A DNA stretch of 64,000 nucleotides from an uncultured virus (IMG/VR IMGVR_UViG_3300037418_002259) (Duplodnaviria > Heunggongvirae > Uroviricota > Caudoviricetes): IMG/VR virus record IMGVR_UViG_3300037418_002259, one strand, 5' to 3'. Below the pieces are notes generated by a model that saw only the letters and a list, made by a program, of their open reading frames with translations, ran no database searches and was not told the DNA's origin. Within the stretch, counting starts at the first letter, position 1. Each line of letters begins with the position of its first letter. Below, piece by piece: positions 9,457 to 19,046 of the stretch. The position numbers and the translations under genes are program-made.

Positions 9457-10299
9457 ATGATCGTGAACCTCCCCGCGGACGCGGCTCCGTCCACCGTGCG
9501 GATGTACGCCACGGAGGCCCGCGACACCACACCCACGGAACTCGCGCTCACGTCCCTGGGCGGCGGCCGTTGGTCGGTCGACACGACCGGGCTGACGTCG
9601 CGTTGGTACCCGACCGTCGTGTACACGCAGGGCGGCGGGGCCGAGCAGACGCTCAACCTGTCGTACGTCGACCTGCCCGAAGTGCCGGACCTGGTCATGT
9701 CGCCGGAGTACCTGGCGAAGAAGGCGAAGATCCCGTTGCCGCTGTCCGAAGAGGACCGCGAGCAGATCATCGAGTGCATCCGTGACGCGCAGGCCGACGT
9801 CGTCAGCTACCTCAACCGCGCGATCATGCCGACCTCCTACACCGAGACCGGGCGCAGCGACTACGGCGGCCAGTGGAACCTGACGCCGCTCGACGACCCG
9901 ATCATCGCGATCACCAACCTCGTCGCCGAGACCTCGAACGGCCAGCCCACCGGGTACGTCACCGTCACCTACACAGCCGGCCTGAACGCGAAGGACGACC
10001 CGGCGCTCTCACCGATCCGCCGATACGTGGCGGCGGCTGCGATGAACTCGCCTGAGTTCACGCTGCTGTGGAAGGCCGCGACCAAGATCAAGGGCGACGT
10101 GAAGTCGGTGACGACCGAGGGCCAGTCGATCGCGTACGACAAGCCCACGCTGGGCGGCGGCGGCAAAGGGCAGCCGGGCGATCTCCCGTCGCTGGACTCT
10201 CTGCACGGCTGGAAGCGATTCAGTGTCTTCCAGCGCCCGACGCCCCATCGCGAGCCCTGGCCGTACACCGGCTACTCCAACCGGGGGTACTGGGGGTGA
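9457..10299 (+). CDS. putative head-tail adaptor with N-terminal extension
   Basis: Synteny; I.DAQADV..YLNR and VTYTAG segments typical of adaptors. Confidence 0.6.
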   Translation: MIVNLPADAAPSTVRMYATEARDTTPTELALTSLGGGRWSVDTTGLTSRWYPTVVYTQGGGAEQTLNLSYVDLPEVPDLVMSPEYLAKKAKIPLPLSEEDREQIIECIRDAQADVVSYLNRAIMPTSYTETGRSDYGGQWNLTPLDDPIIAITNLVAETSNGQPTGYVTVTYTAGLNAKDDPALSPIRRYVAAAAMNSPEFTLLWKAATKIKGDVKSVTTEGQSIAYDKPTLGGGGKGQPGDLPSLDSLHGWKRFSVFQRPTPHREPWPYTGYSNRGYWG

Positions 10300-10808
10300 G
10301 CGTTCTCCTGTCCAACTGCCAGCTCGGCATACGCCGCCGCTACGAGGCCGGCGAAGACTCGCACGGCGCGGAACTGCCTGGCGGCTGGGGAGCCATTGAG
10401 GGCCCGCTGCCCGGCTACCAGAACGAACAGCCGGACTCGACATGGATCCTCGGTCTCGACCCGGAGTTGTGGCCCGTACGGCAGAACGACATGGTCATCG
10501 CGGCCGACTCTGGCGCGGCGTGGCTCGTCGTCACTGCCCACCTTGTGGAGCACCCGGTCGACGACACCGTGAACTGGATCCGGCTCACCGCGAACCAGCG
10601 CGCTGGCGGCGGCACCGAGCCGGGCGGGTCATGGTTCGTGAACCGGTTCACGCCGGACGTCGGTCCGGACCCGTACCGCGGCGAGGCCGGCGTGTTCACC
10701 GGGCACGGCGCACCCGGCCCCGACACCCCAGGTCTCTCCTCGGCGTTGCCCGGCGACGAATACATCGACCTCGATACCGGCGTCGTCTACCAACTGGGGG
10801 CGCAATGA
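10296..10808 (+). CDS. putative head-closure/stopper protein
   Basis: GTGA coupling to the adaptor; synteny. Confidence 0.5.
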   Translation: MSVLLSNCQLGIRRRYEAGEDSHGAELPGGWGAIEGPLPGYQNEQPDSTWILGLDPELWPVRQNDMVIAADSGAAWLVVTAHLVEHPVDDTVNWIRLTANQRAGGGTEPGGSWFVNRFTPDVGPDPYRGEAGVFTGHGAPGPDTPGLSSALPGDEYIDLDTGVVYQLGAQ

Positions 10809-11056
10809 CCGTGACGTGGCAAGTCGTCGGCAGCATCCGCGGGCCGGCCGGACCGCCCGGCACAGGCGGCGCGTTCGTGCACACCCAGGCCACACCCGCA
10901 TCGACCTGGACGATCCCACACGCGCTCGACCGGATCCCGCACTCCGTGGCGATCTTCGTCGACGGCGAACTGGTGCTCACCGACACCCACGTCGACGAGA
11001 CCTACGTAGTCATCGAATTCCCCTCGCCGGAGTCCGGCGAGGCACACATCCTCTGA
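10805..11056 (+). CDS. small virion structural protein
   Basis: GPAGPPG and FVHTQATPASTWTIPH motifs of phage fibre/collar proteins. Confidence 0.6.
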   Translation: MTVTWQVVGSIRGPAGPPGTGGAFVHTQATPASTWTIPHALDRIPHSVAIFVDGELVLTDTHVDETYVVIEFPSPESGEAHIL

Positions 11057-11071
11057 ACGGAGTGACGGGCC

Positions 11072-11866
11072 ATGCCAACGCAACTCAAGAAGGGCGCTGA
11101 CCTCAACGGCCAGCGCGCTATCAACGCGGCTGACGGTTCGTCAGCCACCGACCTGGTCACGCTCCAGCAGTTGCAGGCTGCGATCCGCGGCATCGACTGG
11201 AAGGACTCGGTCCGGGCCGCGTCGACCGGCAACATCAACCTCGCGTCTCCGGGAGCATCGCTCGACGGCGTCGCGTTCGCAGTCGGGAACAGGTTCCTCG
11301 CCAAGGACCAGACCGACGGCACGCAGAACGGTATCTACATCTGGAACGGTGCCGCCGTCGCCGCGACCCGAGCACCCGACGCCGACGCCAACGCAGAGAT
11401 CACGGCCGGGTTCGCGGTCACCTCGACCGAGGGCACCGTCAACGCCGACAAGGCGTGGCTGCTCACGACCAACGACCCGATCGTGGTCGGCACCACTGCG
11501 CTCGCGTTTACCCAGCTCGGCGGCGCGAGTACGCCGTACACCGCTGGCAACGGCCTGAACCTCACCGGACAGGCATTCAGCGTCGTCGCCGACACAGGCA
11601 TCCTCGTCACCGCGTCCGGCGTCAAGGTCGACCCCTCGATCGTCACCCGCAAGTACGCCGCGGACTGCGTCGTCACCACCAACCCGCAGGTCTTCACCCA
11701 CGGTCTCGGCACCGACGACATCTCCGTCACCGTGAAGGAAGTGGCGACCGGACAGATCGTCCACCCCGACGTGATCCTGCCGCCCATCGCAGCCGCGGGA
11801 ACCTTCAGCGTCGACTGGGGTTCGGCACCGACCGCCGGGCAGTACCGCGTCATCGTCAAGGGGTGA
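11072..11866 (+). CDS. head/neck fibre or decoration protein
   Basis: DWKDSVRAAST.NI.L...KDQT..QNGIY motif common in phage fibre proteins. Confidence 0.7.
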   Translation: MPTQLKKGADLNGQRAINAADGSSATDLVTLQQLQAAIRGIDWKDSVRAASTGNINLASPGASLDGVAFAVGNRFLAKDQTDGTQNGIYIWNGAAVAATRAPDADANAEITAGFAVTSTEGTVNADKAWLLTTNDPIVVGTTALAFTQLGGASTPYTAGNGLNLTGQAFSVVADTGILVTASGVKVDPSIVTRKYAADCVVTTNPQVFTHGLGTDDISVTVKEVATGQIVHPDVILPPIAAAGTFSVDWGSAPTAGQYRVIVKG

Positions 11867-11869
11867 CCC

Positions 11870-12364
11870 GTGGGTCTCCTCGCCCGGCTCGGTTTCCGGG
11901 CACCTGAGCAGTCGACCCCGTCCACTCCCGGCGCGGGGTACCGTCTGCTCTATGCCAAGTCGACCGGCTGGTACGAGAAGGACTCGGCCGGCGTCGAGCG
12001 CCTGCTCGGGCCGCCGATCGAGGTGTACACCTTCTCGGTCACCGGCACCGTGGCCGTTGCCGCGGGCAAGTCGCGGATCTACCTCGAAGGCAACTACGTC
12101 GTCGAGACCGTCCGGGCCGCGGTGAACACCGCACCGACCGGGGCCGCGCTGATCGTCGACGTCAACAAAAGCGGTACGACGATCTACACCACGCAGTCCG
12201 CGCGCCCGCAGATCGCGGCCGGCCAGAACAGTGCCACCGGCAACAACCCGGCCGTGACCACGTTCCAGGCTGGCGACTACCTCACCGTCGACGTGGACCA
12301 GGTCGGCAGCACCGTGGCCGGCGCAGACCTGACCGTGACCGTCCGGCTGCGGAAGACGAGCTGA
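11870..12364 (+). CDS. virion structural protein
   Basis: APTGA.LIVDVNK.GT...AGDYLTVDVDQVGS beta-rich motif. Confidence 0.65.
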   Translation: MGLLARLGFRAPEQSTPSTPGAGYRLLYAKSTGWYEKDSAGVERLLGPPIEVYTFSVTGTVAVAAGKSRIYLEGNYVVETVRAAVNTAPTGAALIVDVNKSGTTIYTTQSARPQIAAGQNSATGNNPAVTTFQAGDYLTVDVDQVGSTVAGADLTVTVRLRKTS

Positions 12365-12367
12365 TCC

Positions 12368-14335
12368 GTGGCGCAGGCAGCGGGCTACTCATTCAACGCG
12401 GGGACTGTCGCGGGCTCAATCGTCCGCGACCAAGCCGGGTACTTCCTCGACGGCACGATCACCGGATCCGCCGCGATCGTTGCCGCTGACACCGGGTACG
12501 GCAACGGGCTGCACTGCACGGGCGGCGCGATGCGGGTCGCGAACATCGACCAGTTCGAGTACGCGCTGAACTCCGACGACGGCCCATCTGTGTCTGCCCG
12601 GGTGAAGCTGGACGACACGACCGCGGCGGCGCGGTGCATCTTCTCGGTCGCCGTGGGGTCCACCCTGAAGGTGGCCATGTACGCGAGCAACGCGGCTGGC
12701 AACGTCGAGTGCATGATCGCCGGTACGACGTACAGCTCGACGACCAGCATCCGCGACGGCGCGTACCACGATCTGCTGTTCGTCCTCGACAAAAACGAGG
12801 CACCCGACGCAGTCAAGATCTTCGTCGACGGCGTAAAGGTGCTGCACACGCCGACGGTCAACACCCTCACCTACGGCGGGACCGCGACCATGGACGCCGG
12901 CCGCAACGCCGTCACCCTGGCCGAGCCCCTCAACGGGATCATCGCCGATCTCCGCTGGTGGAACGACCCGGTCGACGAGGCGTACGTGCCGACGCTCCGG
13001 GCGGCCGAGCAGCAGGACTTCCAGTACGCGATCTACCCGTTCGACAACGACACGTGCGACGACTTCAGCATCTACGGCCGCAACCTGGTCAAGGCCGCGT
13101 CAGCGTCGTACGTCACCGGTCTCTACGGTCGGGCGCTCTCGTCCGGGAGCGCGGCAGCCGGCGCGTCGGGCGCAGTGAACTTCGGCGACCTCGACCGGCT
13201 CGCCGTCACCGGGTGGCTGACCCTCGACACTGCCCCGGTCGGTTCCCCGGCCCCGATCCTCGCGATCACCAACTCCAGCGGAACCAACATGCTGCGGGTC
13301 GTGGTGAACACCGACCGGACCCTGACCGCCACGTGGGCGACCATCTACGGCTCGTACTCGGTGACCAGCGGCTCAGCGCTCGCTGTCGGGCAGCGGTCGA
13401 GGTTCCACTTCGGCATGAACCCGACGTACGTCGGGATGCGGCTCAACTCCAGCACGCAGACCATCACGAACACCTCGAACGCGATCCCCCACCTGACCCC
13501 GGCGATCCTCGACCTCAAGACGCTCTACATCGGCGGCGACGCCGCAGCCGGCGGGCAGGTGACGTTCGACTACCTGAACTTCACCCGCAACTTCGTCGAC
13601 GCACCGGCCATCCTGTACTGGAACGGCCCGGTGATGCGCGCCTCGACGAAGCCGGCGAACATCCCCCGCGGCGCGTACGAGTTCGACGAGAACGGCGGGA
13701 CCAGCGCCGCGGACCGGTCCACGTTCGCGAACCACCTGACATTGCAGACCGCTGGCGGATGGGTGACCGGCGTCGCCGGGTCCGCGCTCAAGTCCGACGT
13801 GACCAAAACCGGGCCGGGCGCGGCCAAGACGTCAGGGCTGGCATGGTCGGCGACCCCTGCCGGGTGGGCGGTCGCATGCTGGGCGAAGGTCCACGTGTCG
13901 GCGTCCGGCTCACGGATCATCGTGCTGCGCAACTCCAGCCAGGAGGTCGCCCACATGGGCTACCTGTCCGGCGCGATGTGGGTGCGGCTGTTCGGGCCCA
14001 CCAACACAACCACCGGCGTGATCAACCCGGCCGCGGCTCCGATCACATCCGAGACCTGGACGCATCTCGCGGCGACCTGCAACGGCGACACGATCCAGTT
14101 CTACGTCAACGGCGTGTGGAAGTTCTCCGCCAACTACACCCTCGGAGCACTGCAGTCCCCGACGATCCTGAACGTCGGCGGCGACGGCAGCGACAACGCG
14201 ACGGCCGACGTGGACAGTCTCCAGTTGTTCGACACGCCACTGAGCAGATCGAACGTCGCATGGCTGTTCGAGAACCCCGGCCAGTTCATCCCCGCCGCCG
14301 CGCCCGCGTTCCAGGGCTGGGGCGTCCCGCTGTAG
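12368..14335 (+). CDS. LamG/concanavalin-like multi-domain virion protein
   Basis: Repeated LamG-like units (YSFN/YPFD/YEFDE; IFVDG; WTHLAAT..FYVNG). Confidence 0.75.
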   Translation: MAQAAGYSFNAGTVAGSIVRDQAGYFLDGTITGSAAIVAADTGYGNGLHCTGGAMRVANIDQFEYALNSDDGPSVSARVKLDDTTAAARCIFSVAVGSTLKVAMYASNAAGNVECMIAGTTYSSTTSIRDGAYHDLLFVLDKNEAPDAVKIFVDGVKVLHTPTVNTLTYGGTATMDAGRNAVTLAEPLNGIIADLRWWNDPVDEAYVPTLRAAEQQDFQYAIYPFDNDTCDDFSIYGRNLVKAASASYVTGLYGRALSSGSAAAGASGAVNFGDLDRLAVTGWLTLDTAPVGSPAPILAITNSSGTNMLRVVVNTDRTLTATWATIYGSYSVTSGSALAVGQRSRFHFGMNPTYVGMRLNSSTQTITNTSNAIPHLTPAILDLKTLYIGGDAAAGGQVTFDYLNFTRNFVDAPAILYWNGPVMRASTKPANIPRGAYEFDENGGTSAADRSTFANHLTLQTAGGWVTGVAGSALKSDVTKTGPGAAKTSGLAWSATPAGWAVACWAKVHVSASGSRIIVLRNSSQEVAHMGYLSGAMWVRLFGPTNTTTGVINPAAAPITSETWTHLAATCNGDTIQFYVNGVWKFSANYTLGALQSPTILNVGGDGSDNATADVDSLQLFDTPLSRSNVAWLFENPGQFIPAAAPAFQGWGVPL

Positions 14336-14400
14336 GGCAAACGAAAGCGCCGCTCCTGCACACCCCCGATCGAGTGCAGGAACGGCGCTCGCGAGCCCGG

Positions 14401-14883
14401 TCAGCTGTAGGTGAAGCCGTTCGTCTTCGTGACGTCACCGGACGCGTCCTGGACCACGACGTTGACCGCGCCAGCGGCGTGCGGCGGGGTGTTGCAGGTG
14501 ATCTTGGTGTCCGAGACGACCTTGAAGTTGGTCGCTGCGGTGCCGCCGAACGTGACACCGCGGACACCGGCGAACCCGCTACCGGTGATGGTGACCGGGA
14601 GGTTGCCGGCGGCCAGACCGGTCGCCGGAGCGATCGTGTCGACCGTCGCCGCCGAATCGGTGTACATCTTGTCGATGACCGACTGCCGTACCTTCTCGCC
14701 CGCGTGGAACAGCTTCGCGCGCTTGGCTCCGACGCCGTCCTCGAACGCCTTGGCACCCGGGTACTGAGACGTCTCCCAGATGTCCTCGTTGAATTCGTAC
14801 AGGGGGTCCTGCGTGACCTGGGTTGCCTTGGCGAGCAGCTGAGCCTTCGTCAGCTTCGTGCCCGTGCTGTCGACGATCGCCAT
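14401..14883 (-). CDS. IPT/TIG (Ig-like) domain protein
   Basis: P..G...G...VTITGSGF...V.FGG...VVSDTKITC.TP motif; RBS GAAAGG; own promoter. Confidence 0.8.
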   Translation of the reverse strand: MAIVDSTGTKLTKAQLLAKATQVTQDPLYEFNEDIWETSQYPGAKAFEDGVGAKRAKLFHAGEKVRQSVIDKMYTDSAATVDTIAPATGLAAGNLPVTITGSGFAGVRGVTFGGTAATNFKVVSDTKITCNTPPHAAGAVNVVVQDASGDVTKTNGFTYS

Positions 14884-14922
14884 GATTGGCCTTTCAGAGA
14901 GTACGGATGGTGCGACGCGCAC

Positions 14923-14993
14923 ACGGTGCCACCAGCAACTGGTTAGTGTCGCGTCCAGCCGACGCGACGTAATCCCGCAGGTCGAGGCACCCT
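14923..14993. promoter_or_regulatory. back-to-back divergent class-A promoters
   Basis: Minus copy 14943-56 with CACCGT; plus copy 14960-73 with CACCCT. Confidence 0.7.
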
Positions 14994-15000
14994 TGCAGGC

Positions 15001-15519
15001 ATGGTGACCAGGTTCGAACCGGCCCGTGATCTTGACGTCCAGGTCGCGGCGAAACTGGCGTTCCCGTTCGTCGACAGGCTCTCTGACGAACTGCTCGGAC
15101 CGTCGAAGGCGTACGCGCCTGACGCGAAAGTGTGGGTCACCGTCCGGGACGAGAAGGTGCGGCCGACACACATCGACACCGACGGCCAGACCGTCCCCGA
15201 CAACCTGCGATACAAGGTCCCCTCGACGAAGGGAGCCGGCACCGATCTCGCTCGGGTGCCGCGGGACACCGCGCTGCCCCTGCCAAACCGAATCAACTGC
15301 CGGTGCGAGAGCGTCCCCCTGCCGGGCGTGATCGCGGCATCGATCAACAAACTGCCGACACTGCTGCAAGGCACCCGTGTCTCTGGTGGGATCGAGTCAC
15401 GGTTCCCGCGGGTCGGAGAGGCGCACGAGGGCACCAGCGAAGACACGGCAGTGCCGTTCATGACCCGCGCGATCCAAGAGGTAGCGGCCGCTCATCGCGG
15501 CGTGCGGCGTACGCGTTGA
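15001..15519 (+). CDS. neck-region protein containing a MuF-like (KVW..D.KVR.TH...NCRC) segment
   Basis: MuF C-terminal motifs inside an HK97 gp10-like frame; probably leaderless. Confidence 0.55.
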   Translation: MVTRFEPARDLDVQVAAKLAFPFVDRLSDELLGPSKAYAPDAKVWVTVRDEKVRPTHIDTDGQTVPDNLRYKVPSTKGAGTDLARVPRDTALPLPNRINCRCESVPLPGVIAASINKLPTLLQGTRVSGGIESRFPRVGEAHEGTSEDTAVPFMTRAIQEVAAAHRGVRRTR

Positions 15520-15520
15520 C

Positions 15521-15554
15521 CGACGCGACACTAACGAGATCGTCGCGGCAAGGT
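15521..15554 (+). promoter_or_regulatory. class-A promoter
   Basis: CGACGCGACACTAA-N14-CAAGGT. Confidence 0.7.
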
Positions 15555-15593
15555 GTGCTCGTCCGACCAACCGGCACAGGGAGATACCCCGTC

Positions 15594-16025
15594 ATGACCA
15601 CCAGCAGGAAGAACACCTCGGCCACGGCCGCGAGCGAGCCGACCCTCGACGTGAACGAGGACGCCACCACAGCCCCGGTCGAGGACACCGTCACCGACGC
15701 CCCGGCCACGACCGCGCCGGAGTCGACGCCGCCGCTCGACGACGCGCCCCCGACCGCGCCGGCGGATGCCCCTGCCGACGCCCCCGCCGATGCGCCGGCG
15801 GAGCAGAACGACCCGAACAAGGTGAAGGTGAAGCTGGCGCACCCGCTCGACCGGCCGCAGGACCTGCAGTACCTCGGCCTGCCGCCGAAGGAAGGCGGCT
15901 ACAAGGTGCACGACGAGATCTGGGTATCCAAGTCCGCCGCGCAGTCGATCATCAACGCTGGCTACGCGCAGGTCGACCCCGAGAACAAGCAGCAGGTCGC
16001 CGCCGTTCTCGGCCAGAACGCCTGA
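15594..16025 (+). CDS. hypothetical protein
   Basis: RBS AGGGAG; PADA repeats. Confidence 0.7.
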   Translation: MTTSRKNTSATAASEPTLDVNEDATTAPVEDTVTDAPATTAPESTPPLDDAPPTAPADAPADAPADAPAEQNDPNKVKVKLAHPLDRPQDLQYLGLPPKEGGYKVHDEIWVSKSAAQSIINAGYAQVDPENKQQVAAVLGQNA

Positions 16026-16034
16026 TCGAGTCTC

Positions 16035-16481
16035 GTGCCTGACCTGGTCGACGCAGATCCGGTCAAGTTCGCCCGCACCTACCTGAACAGCCGCCCGGCT
16101 GTGACGGAGGCGCTCGGCGGCCTTGACCGGATCGGCCTGCGCAACAAGCCGCCGTACCCGCGCCTCGGTATCGCAGACACCCCTGGCGGGTCGGATCTCG
16201 ACATGCAGTGGCTCACTGCGCCCGAGCTATCTCTCACGCTCTGGGGCGACCTCGACGGGAACCCGCCGAAGGATGCGCTGTGGCGGATCCTTCGCATCAT
16301 CCTGCAGGAGTTGCGCGACATGCCGAACATGCCGGCGGTGCCTGGGCAGCCCGTCGTCACGCACGTGCAGTCGACCGGGGCAGGCGGGTGGTCGCCAGAG
16401 CCGACCGGCCAGCCTCGATATACCGCCAGGGTCCAACTGTTCATGCACCCACCGACCAGCATCCCGGAGACGACACCATGA
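16035..16481 (+). CDS. putative tail terminator
   Basis: Size, position before the major tail gene, C-terminal PRY motif. Confidence 0.6.
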   Translation: MPDLVDADPVKFARTYLNSRPAVTEALGGLDRIGLRNKPPYPRLGIADTPGGSDLDMQWLTAPELSLTLWGDLDGNPPKDALWRILRIILQELRDMPNMPAVPGQPVVTHVQSTGAGGWSPEPTGQPRYTARVQLFMHPPTSIPETTP

Positions 16482-16699
16482 CCGAATGCCGAGGTGCCGA
16501 CTTCTCCCAGGCCTCGGCGGCGCTCGACCAGGCGCTGATCGACCACGCCGATCGAGACGGTCTGACCGGCGTGCTGCGGGCCGTGTTCCTCGATCGAGGC
16601 GGCCACGCCCCGGGTGACTTCTGTCCGTCTGCTCCGGCCGTCGAGGAACAGCACGAGTACTGGTGTGAGTACCCCAAGCGCGAGTGCGAGTGTCTTTAA
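16478..16699 (+). CDS. small Cys/His-containing hypothetical protein
   Basis: ATGA coupling; RBS GGAGAC. Confidence 0.5.
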   Translation: MTECRGADFSQASAALDQALIDHADRDGLTGVLRAVFLDRGGHAPGDFCPSAPAVEEQHEYWCEYPKRECECL

Positions 16700-17409
16700 C
16701 GCTTCGGCGCGGAATCCGGTACGACGGTGAACAGCGGTACGTCGTACGAGCCGGGAGCGCGTGACGCGCGCCGCTTCGCCATCGCGCCCGTGATCATGGC
16801 CCGACGACGGTCCGACTCGCGGGTGGTCTCGATCTTGCACGCCAGGCAGTACCGCCTGTCCGGCCGGCCAGGCGGTACGTAGACGTTGTCCGGGGTCAGC
16901 TCGTGCGGGCCGTACTTGCCGTCGCAGTGCGTCTTGCGGGCATTCACCGCGGACGGCGACCCCGACCGGGCGTTGTTCTCCTCGTGCGTCTTCGCGGCCA
17001 GGTGCTCAGGGTTCACGCACAGCCGGTGAATGCAGTCGAAGTCGTCAGCCGCGCACACCTCCCACTCGTGGCACACGTGGTCTACTTCGTGCCCCGCGGG
17101 GATCTCGCCGTTGCAGTGCTCCCAGATCCACCGATGCGCGAGCACAGTCCCTTCCGGGCCGGCGCGGAACAGCCCGTAGCCCTGCTCGGTCACGGCTCCT
17201 GTCCACAACCAGCAGGGGCCCATTGACGCGTCCGGAGGGATCGGCCCGTCCATGTCGATCTTGGCCATGAAGCGTCGGCCAGGGATGCCCCGTACGACGA
17301 CGCGCACGCGCTCCCCGGTGTCGAGGAACCCGGCGTAGCAGCCGTCGCACATGCCGAGCCGCCAACGGCGCGACTCGGTGGTCCCGCAGAGCCTGCAGGC
17401 GAGGGTCAT
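16696..17409 (-). CDS. HNH endonuclease (free-standing, homing type)
   Basis: CWLWTG..GYG..AHR..VDH.C..CVNP.HL..EN motifs plus a KTHC..HE C-terminal zinc motif. Confidence 0.85.
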   Translation of the reverse strand: MTLACRLCGTTESRRWRLGMCDGCYAGFLDTGERVRVVVRGIPGRRFMAKIDMDGPIPPDASMGPCWLWTGAVTEQGYGLFRAGPEGTVLAHRWIWEHCNGEIPAGHEVDHVCHEWEVCAADDFDCIHRLCVNPEHLAAKTHEENNARSGSPSAVNARKTHCDGKYGPHELTPDNVYVPPGRPDRRYCLACKIETTRESDRRRAMITGAMAKRRASRAPGSYDVPLFTVVPDSAPKR

Positions 17410-17434
17410 GTGACCAGTCTCGCAGCCGTTGGCC

Positions 17435-17468
17435 CGACGCGACACTAAGCACCGCGCTCTCCTACTTT
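17435..17468 (+). promoter_or_regulatory. class-A promoter (major tail)
   Basis: CGACGCGACACTAA-N14-TACTTT. Confidence 0.75.
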
Positions 17469-17535
17469 CACGGTGACCACGACGCCGCTGCCCTGAACAC
17501 CGGAGTCACAGCAATCGCATGAGGGAGTGCAGACA

Positions 17536-18111
17536 ATGGGTGTGGATAAGACCCGCATTGTCGTGGCTCAGATGGCGCGGGTTTACCTCGCCGATGTCGG
17601 CACGGCAGCACCCGTCGACGCCACGACTGCTTTGGCAGCGGCATGGAAAGAGGTCGGCTACTTCACGCCGGATTCGCTCGGATGGTCCACCGACCCTTCG
17701 TTCGAAGAGGTGCGGTCGCACCAGTCGGCGTATCCGACCCGCCGTTTCCAGACCGAGGACACGGCAACGGCGGAAGTGGACCTGCAGGAATGGTCCGAGG
17801 CCAACTTCAGGGCCGTGTACGGCGGTGGCACCGTCACCGAGATCACGCCGGCGCTGACGCCGCCGCAGTACAAGTTCTCGCCGCCGGCCATCGGCGGACG
17901 GGAGCAGGTCGCCGCGGTGATCGAGATCATCGACGGCGGCAAGCACTACCGGCGCTGCATCCCGGTGTGCGAGCAGTCCGAGGGTGTGGAGCAGTCCTTC
18001 GAGCGCACCTCGGAGTCCACGCTGCCGCTGCGGCTCACCGTCATCGGTGCCGACATCGGTGACAGCTGGTACGACCTGACCGACGACCCGGCGTTCGCGC
18101 CGGCCGCGTGA
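17536..18111 (+). CDS. major tail (tube) protein
   Basis: Actinophage tail-tube pattern (VYLADVGT.AP...W..VGY); RBS GAGGGAG; synteny. Confidence 0.8.
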   Translation: MGVDKTRIVVAQMARVYLADVGTAAPVDATTALAAAWKEVGYFTPDSLGWSTDPSFEEVRSHQSAYPTRRFQTEDTATAEVDLQEWSEANFRAVYGGGTVTEITPALTPPQYKFSPPAIGGREQVAAVIEIIDGGKHYRRCIPVCEQSEGVEQSFERTSESTLPLRLTVIGADIGDSWYDLTDDPAFAPAA

Positions 18112-18161
18112 GGTCTGGAGCCGACGCGACGCTAGCCGTTTCGGCTGGTTAGCGTCGGCTC

Positions 18162-18260
18162 TTGTACCGGAGACAGCCCGTCCCCCACTCCCCGTGCGCG
18201 GCTGACCGTCTCCGGTACACCCCACAGGCCCTCGCGCTGCTCCTCACCAGTGCGGGGGCC
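18162..18260 (+). ncRNA. candidate sRNA-1: two hairpins with C-rich loops
   Basis: Starts about 7 nt after the -10 TAGCGT; 12-bp stem 18163-74/18208-19 and 13-bp stem 18227-39/18248-60. Confidence 0.5.
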
Positions 18261-18317
18261 GCCCCACGTTCCGTGCTCGACGCGACGCTAACGGTGGCGC
18301 GCCCATACGGTCGTTTC

Positions 18318-18387
18318 GCTCGTGTCCTGACGGTGCGAGCAAGTGGAGGCGGCGGGCGCTACCGGGGTCAGCGTTCGCCGCCTCCGC
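18318..18387 (+). ncRNA. candidate sRNA-2: two hairpins
   Basis: Starts 7 nt after the -10 TACGGT; hairpins at 18318-40 and 18343-87. Confidence 0.4.
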
Positions 18388-18473
18388 CCATGTCTGCTCG
18401 ACGCGACCTTAACCATTCCCGCTACCTAGCCTTCGAGCGAAGTCGACCCCGAATCAGGAAAGGCATTTACCCG

Positions 18474-19046
18474 ATGAGCGAGGAAATCGAGACGTTCGAG
18501 GGCTTCGACCTCGACGCCGAGCGCAAGGTCCGCGCCGCGCAGCGCGAGGCCAAAAAGCAGGAGTTCCCGATCCGGCTCCGTCGAGGTGATGACCCGATCG
18601 CAGTTCTGCCGGCCGAGCTGCCGCTCGACGCGCTGACGCCGCTGCGGCAGATCGACGACACGATCGCGCTCGTGATCCGGCAGGCGATGACGCTCGTGTC
18701 GGACCAGGAGGCCGCCGCGAAGTGGCAGGCGACGGAACTCGTCGTCAACATGCTTGCCTCGACCCCCGATCTTCCGGTGAAGCTGCTGGAGGTCATCGAG
18801 CAGATCTGCCGCAACCTGCTCACGTCCGAGGGCGTGGACAAGTTCATGGCCGCAAAGCCGTCCGTCCCTGACATCAAGGCTCTCGCGCTGGCGATCTTCC
18901 GCTGGTACGGGGTGAGCCTGGGGGAATCGTCGCCGTCCTCCGACTCGTCGACCGACGGTGGGGGGACGTCTCCTACGACTTCCAGCACGTCCTCGGACTC
19001 GACGCCCGAGGCGTCTGGGCCGAGCCAGGAACCCCCGGTTTCATAG
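18474..19046 (+). CDS. tail assembly chaperone (G)
   Basis: Lies between the major tail and tape measure genes; RBS GGAAAGG. Confidence 0.8.
   Translation: MSEEIETFEGFDLDAERKVRAAQREAKKQEFPIRLRRGDDPIAVLPAELPLDALTPLRQIDDTIALVIRQAMTLVSDQEAAAKWQATELVVNMLASTPDLPVKLLEVIEQICRNLLTSEGVDKFMAAKPSVPDIKALALAIFRWYGVSLGESSPSSDSSTDGGGTSPTTSSTSSDSTPEASGPSQEPPVS

Larger units (their letters stand above)
18122..18432 (+). promoter_or_regulatory. three tandem class-A promoters (18122, 18278, 18399)
   Basis: -10 hexamers TAGCGT, TACGGT and TAGCCT, each at N14. Confidence 0.75.

Noticed and set aside
12634..14946. Long alternative-frame ORFs (also 22024-24570, 27803-29734, 61806-63356)
   Set aside because: High-GC shadow ORFs that overlap well-supported genes and have Arg/Pro-rich nonsense composition.
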